Origin: Planctomycetota bacterium
GTDB taxonomy: Bacteria; Planctomycetota; GCA-002687715; DRQF01
Assembly: GCA_036479435.1 (NCBI GenBank)
Contig: JAZGFI010000197.1
Span: 1 to 50,728 of the forward strand
DNA length: 50,728 nt
Reading direction: 5' to 3'
The translations under genes and the position numbers were made by a program. Below the pieces are notes generated by a model that did no database searches, was not told the DNA's origin, and was given only the letters and a program-made list of their open reading frames with translations. Shown piece after piece: positions 45,039-50,728 of the stretch. Position 1 is the stretch's first letter. Each line of letters starts with the position of its first letter.

Positions 45039-45860
45039 CTACTCCAACGGCTTGAGCTGACAGCCGACGACGATGTTGAGGTCTTGCACATCCACGGGGC
45101 CGTTGTTGTTGAGATCGGCGCGCAGTACCTCGGCCCAATTCTTGCGGGAGTAGCCGCGCCGTAGCGGGTCGGTGACGGGTGTGGCCGCGGGCAGCCCGAG
45201 GGCCGAGCGCACCGTCTCGTCACTGTAGGGCGCGTTCAGATCCGTATAAGCCATCATGCGCCCTGCGTCACTGTCGCCGTAGAGCACACCGTTTTGCCAT
45301 ATCAGCTGCGCCATCCAGTGTGCCCCGGGACCGAGTGACTTCTCTCGGACGGAGACGATAAATATCATCCCGTAATAGGCCGGCTGGATACCGAAAGGTT
45401 TGAAATGCCATAGGTTACTCTCCCGCCACAGCTGCGCAGGGTGGTCGAGGCTGTACGCCGTATACAACTCACTGGCATTTTCTGTCGGCCGCATTTGCCA
45501 TGTAACAGCAACGTTTACTTGCTCCAGATACTCAGGCGGTATGCTCAACTCGAACGTGATCTCACCGTTCACGATCTGCAACGTCTCGGCCTTTGACTCA
45601 CAGCTGCCCGAGTGGCCGAGGAAATTGCGAACTACCGCGTTGATGTCGGTCATTGCGACCACACCGTCGGGCACCACATCAGCACGTTCGCACTTCGAGT
45701 ACAGGATCAGCGGCACGTCAGCTTGAAGGCGGAAATACTCAGAACACGTATGTGTCGGTACGATTTTGCCGTAAACGAGCGGCGGATCGGTGAGTGAGTT
45801 CTGTGCCACGGCGGCCGCGGGTAACGTGAGGACGAACAGTAGTAGCAGTAGGGCTTTCAT
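45039..45860 (-). CDS. Secreted protein with two dockerin/EF-hand-like motifs
   Basis: Signal peptide MKALLLLLFVLTLPAAAVA; ADVVPDGVVAMTDI and ADLNNNGPVDVQDL; RBS AAGGAG. Confidence 0.7.
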   Translation of the reverse strand: MKALLLLLFVLTLPAAAVAQNSLTDPPLVYGKIVPTHTCSEYFRLQADVPLILYSKCERADVVPDGVVAMTDINAVVRNFLGHSGSCESKAETLQIVNGEITFELSIPPEYLEQVNVAVTWQMRPTENASELYTAYSLDHPAQLWRESNLWHFKPFGIQPAYYGMIFIVSVREKSLGPGAHWMAQLIWQNGVLYGDSDAGRMMAYTDLNAPYSDETVRSALGLPAATPVTDPLRRGYSRKNWAEVLRADLNNNGPVDVQDLNIVVGCQLKPLE

Positions 45861-45888
45861 GTGGTTCTCCTTTGGTGTGTGATGGGCC

Positions 45889-46206
45889 TCATCTCTTATA
45901 ACTCCACATGACGTCACGCCCCGTGGTCGCTGTAGCCTTCCACCCGGGGCGCCGTGCGAACTCTACGACTTCGATCAGGGCAGGCAGTAGATCTATCGCC
46001 ACGTCGGATAGGCAGTCGTCTTGGTGCGCCCCTGCGATCTGGTAGATGAGTGCGGTTGCCTGTGGACCGCGGATCATCACACAGTCACGGCCACGAGTCG
46101 GCTCTCCGCTGCTGTGCGGTCCGTCGTGGTGATCGGGGAGCACACAACCACCCTCTCTGTACTTGATCCACTGGTTGCAGGGGTATGTCTCGTCGGTGTT
46201 GCTCAT
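45889..46206 (-). CDS. Hypothetical Cys/His protein
   Basis: C...CVLPDHHDGPH; ATGA overlap. Confidence 0.55.
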   Translation of the reverse strand: MSNTDETYPCNQWIKYREGGCVLPDHHDGPHSSGEPTRGRDCVMIRGPQATALIYQIAGAHQDDCLSDVAIDLLPALIEVVEFARRPGWKATATTGRDVMWSYKR

Positions 46207-46607
46207 CGCCACAGTCTCCTAAGCGCATCGTAAAGCAGCTTTTCCGCTAATCTGAGGTTGACATCACCTGCAACAGACGCCCCCTCTACGCCGCGCATGC
46301 GCGCCATGGCCTCCCGCATCGTGTCGCGCACAGCATCCAGCCGCTGCAGGTTGCACGCGTTGCAGTGCTCGGCGCAGCAGGGCGGGTCGTGCTGGCACTC
46401 GCGCAGATCGGCAGGCTCCAAGAGGGTGTGCGCTGAGCCGTCTTCCTCGTGTCCGAGGACTCCGGTGCACCGATATTCGTAGGCCAGGTGCTTGCAGCGG
46501 CTGACAGGCTGAGGCGACACTGCTGGCTGCGGCTCGCACACACTACACGTATCACGCGGGAACGTGTTGAGCGCTCCACACGTCGGGCACCTCCACGGAT
46601 AACCCAT
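46203..46607 (-). CDS. Multi-Zn-finger hypothetical protein
   Basis: WRCPTCG..N...C..C (RanBP2-like) plus further Cys/His clusters; RBS GGAGG. Confidence 0.6.
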   Translation of the reverse strand: MGYPWRCPTCGALNTFPRDTCSVCEPQPAVSPQPVSRCKHLAYEYRCTGVLGHEEDGSAHTLLEPADLRECQHDPPCCAEHCNACNLQRLDAVRDTMREAMARMRGVEGASVAGDVNLRLAEKLLYDALRRLWR

Positions 46608-46807
46608 ATCAACCGTCCCTCCGTGCGTAAGGCTCCAATCGAAACCGCTCCTTTGGGTTGCCGCGTCTCCACCTCGACAGCGCTGTGCGACCCTCTGCAC
46701 GTGTATCACAAGCCGTTGCCCAAGGGTGCCACGTGCCCCCGTCTAGCATCTCGACGACCCATAGCAGAGAGCAGTCGCGGGGCGGCCCTGCGTAAGCGGG
46801 TATGGCG

Positions 46808-47206
46808 CTACCCATTACTCGGATACTCCTTTACCGGTATGCCGGCCGCCACGCAACGGCGCATGCAGTCACGTGTGCCCTGGCTGTCGCCGATGGGGAA
46901 GGCTAGGCAGATGTCGGCGCCGGCGTCCACCATCAGCTGGTTACGCTTGGGGCCGGCGCTGCGGCCGTGGGTGGCCCAGTCGGCTGTGTACTGCTGGACG
47001 CTATATCCCGCGGCACCAGCGAATCGTGTTGCAATGCTGTCCGCGCCTGCGGCACCTCCAGTGATGATCGTGATTGGTCGGGTGATCGCTTCATCTGTGG
47101 TGACCGCGTCAGCGATCGCAACCATGATCGGGTGACCCCTGCGATAATGCCGACTGCCTGTCACGATGATTCGATAGGGCTCGCCTGACCGTATGGCGTT
47201 ACTCAC
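46808..47206 (-). CDS. SLOG/YspA-like (DUF2493) protein
   Basis: RIIVTGSR, GGAAGADSIA, ADW..HGRSAGPKRNQLMV, AFP...SQGT. Confidence 0.88.
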   Translation of the reverse strand: MSNAIRSGEPYRIIVTGSRHYRRGHPIMVAIADAVTTDEAITRPITIITGGAAGADSIATRFAGAAGYSVQQYTADWATHGRSAGPKRNQLMVDAGADICLAFPIGDSQGTRDCMRRCVAAGIPVKEYPSNG

Positions 47207-47417
47207 TCGGATCCTCCCCAGTCAGCAGCCCGTAGACGACCAGCACCGCGACGAGCGCAACGGAAATCGGGCCTAGTGCGATGGCTGCTACGCGCGCATG
47301 ATTTAAAATGTCAGGGTTGTACGCGCCCGCTTCGTCTCCGCTCGTGATCGCCCACCCCATCAGGAGCACCCCGAGCGCGTAGATCAGCCCGCATATCGTG
47401 AAGTCTAGCCCTGTCAT
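47199..47417 (-). CDS. Small two-TM membrane protein
   Basis: Two hydrophobic segments; RBS GAGGAG. Confidence 0.6.
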   Translation of the reverse strand: MTGLDFTICGLIYALGVLLMGWAITSGDEAGAYNPDILNHARVAAIALGPISVALVAVLVVYGLLTGEDPSE

Positions 47418-47974
47418 AGTGGGCACTCCTCGTGCGGGTGGTCGCTCATCAGCTCGTCGAAGCGTCTGGTAAACAGCCACCACGCTGGCCACGGGGGCCG
47501 CCCGCGCGAAATCTTCTCCGGGTACGGTTCCCAGGGTAGGCGGTAGAACTCCCACTCAGGCGCACACAGGTCGCGCCCCTCTGTGACGAGCGCGCGTCGG
47601 TCGGCCTCTTTGACGCTGGCCGGCGTCTCTTCGGACAGGCCGAAGCGAGCGTAGATAGCACGCTGCAGGGGCGTCTCTATCGCCTGATAGTCGGGTAGCC
47701 GCTGCTTGATGGGCTTCGGCACGTCAACGAGATACGCCTCACTAGCGTCGTGCAGCAGCCCATACAACGCATCCGCTTTGTCACACGCCAAAGACACGTA
47801 TACCGAATGCTCGGCGATGCTGTAAAACTCCCTCGTGTGCCCGCCGAAACGGCACTGCATCGCTAAAGCGTGCGCGATGTCGTCGACGTCTATCTGATCG
47901 GGTTGTGGGTCGAGAAACTCAACGATCCGGCCCGATGCGGTCATGATAGTCGGCGCATGGTCATAGCTCGTCAC
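47414..47974 (-). CDS. HD-domain phosphohydrolase (YfbR-like 5'-deoxynucleotidase)
   Basis: DIAHALA..CRFGGH...YSIAEHS, LLHDASEAY..D...PIK, ADRRAL.TE. Confidence 0.9.
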   Translation of the reverse strand: MTSYDHAPTIMTASGRIVEFLDPQPDQIDVDDIAHALAMQCRFGGHTREFYSIAEHSVYVSLACDKADALYGLLHDASEAYLVDVPKPIKQRLPDYQAIETPLQRAIYARFGLSEETPASVKEADRRALVTEGRDLCAPEWEFYRLPWEPYPEKISRGRPPWPAWWLFTRRFDELMSDHPHEECPL

Positions 47975-48177
47975 TGTGGGCACCCCTCGTGCGGATGGTC
48001 GCCGACGGGCTCGTCGCACCCGGTGCACGTGCGGCGCGGGGGGCTGATCTCGATGCGCTGCGTGGGGCGTCGCATGCGCGCCTCGATACGCAATGCCACC
48101 CACACGTTCCACGCCGCCCCGAGGAGGCACAGCGCGATGAATACCCACAGTCCTACCTCAATTACCCACGGCATCAC
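47971..48177 (-). CDS. Small membrane-anchored protein
   Basis: N-terminal TM segment; coupled. Confidence 0.55.
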   Translation of the reverse strand: MMPWVIEVGLWVFIALCLLGAAWNVWVALRIEARMRRPTQRIEISPPRRTCTGCDEPVGDHPHEGCPQ

Positions 48178-48404
48178 CGTTCTCCTCTCATAAAGGGCGC
48201 AAGGAAATCCTCCGCGGTACGCTCTTGCTTATACGCAGCCAACATAGCGGCGCGCATAGCCGGTATCGGGTCTGACCCCGATGGCCCCGGCTGCGACGCC
48301 TTCCACACCGTCACCCGTCGTGGCTCGGGGTTGCCGAGGTGCAGCGACAAGAGCGCGACGGCTGCACCCACACCTTTGATAAAGCGTCGTCTGCTGAGCA
48401 TCAC
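48174..48404 (-). CDS. Small protein with twin-arginine (Tat)-like signal
   Basis: SRRRFIK followed by hydrophobic GVGAAVALLSL. Confidence 0.6.
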   Translation of the reverse strand: MMLSRRRFIKGVGAAVALLSLHLGNPEPRRVTVWKASQPGPSGSDPIPAMRAAMLAAYKQERTAEDFLAPFMRGER

Positions 48405-48622
48405 GGCAGCGCTCCATCAGAAACGAGTATAGTTACGATCAGAACTACGGTAATGCATAGCGACAGGGCGCACCCAACCTGTGATAGCCAAGCGCCCCAA
48501 AATTGGGCGTCGTTGTCCAGGGGATTAGACTTCAAACTCTCCTCGAACGCGTCCTCCGCTATGAGCGCCCAACAGCCGAACACCACGGTCAGTATCGCTG
48601 AGCCAGCTAACCACAGCATCAC
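48401..48622 (-). CDS. Small two-TM membrane protein
   Basis: Two hydrophobic segments; RBS GGAGG. Confidence 0.6.
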   Translation of the reverse strand: MMLWLAGSAILTVVFGCWALIAEDAFEESLKSNPLDNDAQFWGAWLSQVGCALSLCITVVLIVTILVSDGALP

Positions 48623-49047
48623 TCACCTCCCTTCTGTAGGAACTCACCGCAGCCCTCGTTGTGCCAGCGGTCGATGTGGTCGTGCGTCTTCCGGCAGACA
48701 CCGACGCCGCCCGGCGGGTGCGTCTCGTACTGGTAGAGCCAGAAGTGACAGCCGCTACACGGGCCGAGCTGTGGGAGGTCGTGGACCTCACGGATCTCAC
48801 CGGGCTTGTGGTGTAGCGCGACCGGGCCGGCGGCGTAGTCGTGGTCGCCTGCATGACCGACCGGGCGAGCGCAGCGGTACGTGGCGCCGGCTACTGCACG
48901 CGTCTCAGCACACTGCGTGGCGCCGGCTGCGAGCAGAGGCTTGCCGGGGTATGCGTGCTCAAGCTCCTTATGGTTGTCAACCTGCCGCATGCAGCGCACG
49001 TCTCGAGTCGGGTGGCGCAAGGTGCACTGTGTGTCACCGGGCATCAC
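48619..49047 (-). CDS. Cys/His-rich hypothetical protein
   Basis: YRCARPVGHAGDH, CSGCHFW...CGEF; RBS GGAGG. Confidence 0.65.
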   Translation of the reverse strand: MMPGDTQCTLRHPTRDVRCMRQVDNHKELEHAYPGKPLLAAGATQCAETRAVAGATYRCARPVGHAGDHDYAAGPVALHHKPGEIREVHDLPQLGPCSGCHFWLYQYETHPPGGVGVCRKTHDHIDRWHNEGCGEFLQKGGE

Positions 49048-49220
49048 ACACCTCCTGACGCTGCGTCTCGGGGGGGTCGCTCAGGGGGGAAGGCGATTAA
49101 AACCCCAATTAGCACAGCTGCCAAAACCGCACAGCCAATCACGAACGCGTCGAGTCCTCGGGATAGAGCGCGCAACTTCTCTTCTTCAGTGCACCACCGC
49201 AGCAGGGTGTCACGAGTCAT
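49044..49220 (-). CDS. 58-aa membrane protein
   Basis: Read manually: MTRDTLLRW...FVIGCAVLAAVLIGVLIAF; coupled. Confidence 0.5.
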   Translation of the reverse strand: MTRDTLLRWCTEEEKLRALSRGLDAFVIGCAVLAAVLIGVLIAFPPERPPRDAASGGV

Positions 49221-49429
49221 CACTCATCTCCCTGCCGCTGTGTCTCGGCCTCGGTCAGCAGGCGCAGGGCGTCGCGGAACTCAGGGCCGGCGAACGCGGT
49301 CATGCGGGTCAGCTCGGTCTCGAGCCCTGCGGCAACAATCTTGGTTTGAGGTGTGCCCGTTGCGCGCGACATGATCCGGAGGCGCAATGCGAGCGGGGCG
49401 GGTAAGCGGACGTGGTCTGTGTTGTTCAT
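49220..49429 (-). CDS. Ribbon-helix-helix-like regulator
   Basis: HVRLPAPLALRLRIMSRATGTPQTKIVAAGL; first gene of the early operon. Confidence 0.65.
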   Translation of the reverse strand: MNNTDHVRLPAPLALRLRIMSRATGTPQTKIVAAGLETELTRMTAFAGPEFRDALRLLTEAETQRQGDE

Positions 49430-49509
49430 GGGGGCACTATTGCACGTCTGCACACACAGTTCAACCCCTAAAATAGGAATCGCTACTTAGCGCCCGCGGG
49501 ACGCTATAA

Positions 49510-49782
49510 ACTACTGGGCCACTACTGGGCCACTACTGGGCCACACTACTGGGCCACCTACAACCCCCCGTTTCTATTACTCTTATTCTTTAAATGGCCC
49601 AGTGGCCCAGTAGTTGAGGGGGTCAGGGGCTGTGAGGGCTTAAATAGCGTACGGTAATTATGGAGCGTAAATAGGCGCCGTGTAGGATCAGAATGGGCAA
49701 CTACTGGGCCACTGGGCCACTTGGGTTGTAACCATGTGGATATGCTCAGGAAAGAGTGGCCCAGTAGAAGTGGCCCAGTAGT
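49510..49782. repeat. Array of ten ACTGGGCCA-core repeats (6 direct, 4 inverted); candidate replication origin
   Basis: ACTACTGGGCC x4 at 49510-49555, further copies to 49782, AT-rich spacer. Confidence 0.85.
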
Positions 49783-49833
49783 TTGTCTCTCTGCTGGCGG
49801 AGCCTAAATAGGGAAATAGCGTATGCTCTACAA

Positions 49834-50592
49834 ATGGCCTTTGTGACGATGGATGACAAGGATTTGAAGCGATTCGAACGGGATCTGAAGCAATTCCGGA
49901 TCCGGGCGTACCCGTTCGCGACGAAAGACACGGTCAACCGCTCCGCGTTGATGGGGCAGAAGGAAGCTCGCAAGGAGATCGAGAAGCGGATGATCCTCCG
50001 CAACTCGCGCACGCTGGGGGGCATCCGGGTCGAGCTTGAGCGACGGCTGCAGGTGAACAAGCAGCACGCCGTAGTGGGGTCGATCGATCCGTGGATGGAA
50101 GGGCAGGAGTTTGGCCGCACGGATCGCAAGGGTGGCAAGGTGGGCGTCCCCATACCAACCGGTGCGGCTACGGGTGAGGGGGAGAACGTCCAGGTGAGAC
50201 GCCGTCTCCCGACGCGAGCCAATGCGGTGCGCAACATTGAGCTGGACAAGCGCAAGAGGGGGCGGCGGTTCGGCAGGCGCGTGACCAACCGCAGGCAGAA
50301 GAACAAGCTTACCGTTATTCAAGCCATACGCACCAAGAGAAAGTACGCGTACATGGATCTCGGGTCGGTCAAGGGCATCTTCCGGATCACTGGGCGAGTC
50401 AGTCGTAGAGGGGGTGGGGTTACCGGTGTGCGAATCAAACGGGTGATCAATCTCTCGAACCGAACGGTCGTGATCCCTGCGAACCCGTGGCTCCGGCCAG
50501 CAGTGGACCGCGTGCAGAAGCGAATGCCCGGGATCTATCGCAAGGCGCTCAAGCAGCAGCTCATCAGGCATCGCCTATTTCGCCCTAAATAG
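49834..50592 (+). CDS. Basic virion morphogenesis/tail-completion-like protein
   Basis: PFAT..TVN..A, RN..T...IRVE, QEFG, PWLRPA. Confidence 0.7.
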   Translation: MAFVTMDDKDLKRFERDLKQFRIRAYPFATKDTVNRSALMGQKEARKEIEKRMILRNSRTLGGIRVELERRLQVNKQHAVVGSIDPWMEGQEFGRTDRKGGKVGVPIPTGAATGEGENVQVRRRLPTRANAVRNIELDKRKRGRRFGRRVTNRRQKNKLTVIQAIRTKRKYAYMDLGSVKGIFRITGRVSRRGGGVTGVRIKRVINLSNRTVVIPANPWLRPAVDRVQKRMPGIYRKALKQQLIRHRLFRPK

Positions 50593-50692
50593 CGACGGTG
50601 TTCTGTGTTATGAATACCGAGGGCTAGCGTGCTGCGCTACAGACTCAACGTGTTGACTCTCCCACTGCAGTGTAGCTCTAGCGCTATTTAAC

Positions 50693-50699
50693 GGGTCCT
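50693..50699 (+). other. cosQ-like GGGTCCT
   Basis: Same heptamer as lambda cosQ, 29 nt before the putative cosN cut. Confidence 0.6.
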
Positions 50700-50728
50700 G
50701 TAGCGCTCTGTAGCCGCCGAGGCATTTA

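Noticed and set aside
47414..47974. DatZ / 2-aminoadenine genome system
   Set aside because: No PurZ or MazZ-like gene seen; this HD family is common in ordinary phages.
49510..49782. CRISPR array
   Set aside because: Repeats are about 11 nt, abutting and in both orientations, with no regular spacers.

Overview
The window appears to be a complete, GC-rich ~50.7 kb tailed-phage genome linearised at a lambda-like cos site (12-nt AGCCAGCCCCGG at 1-12 between ATTTA/TAAAT arms, plus a cosQ-like GGGTCCT near the right end). The + strand late arm (99-25922) has lambda-type packaging and head genes: TerS, GpA-type TerL, gpW-like protein, portal, S49 protease/scaffold, two decoration paralogues and a gpE-type capsid. 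These are followed by a Mu-like contractile tail with two tandem sheath paralogues, tube, frameshifted chaperone, tape measure, baseplate and fibre. A divergent replication module holds a family A DNA polymerase, DUF2815-like SSB and DUF2800 nuclease on - and a Cro-like protein, SF2 helicase, VRR-NUC and primase-helicase on +. A long - strand early region of small genes follows, ending at an iteron-like repeat array. No integrase, tRNA or CRISPR array was seen. The most striking observation is a 285-aa intein in polymerase motif B whose homing endonuclease is not in frame. It is overprinted in the -1 frame while the intein frame stays open throughout. A hairpin-dense 293-nt insert between two copies of the terL 5' end is also notable. 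All family assignments come from motif recognition by eye, not database searches.
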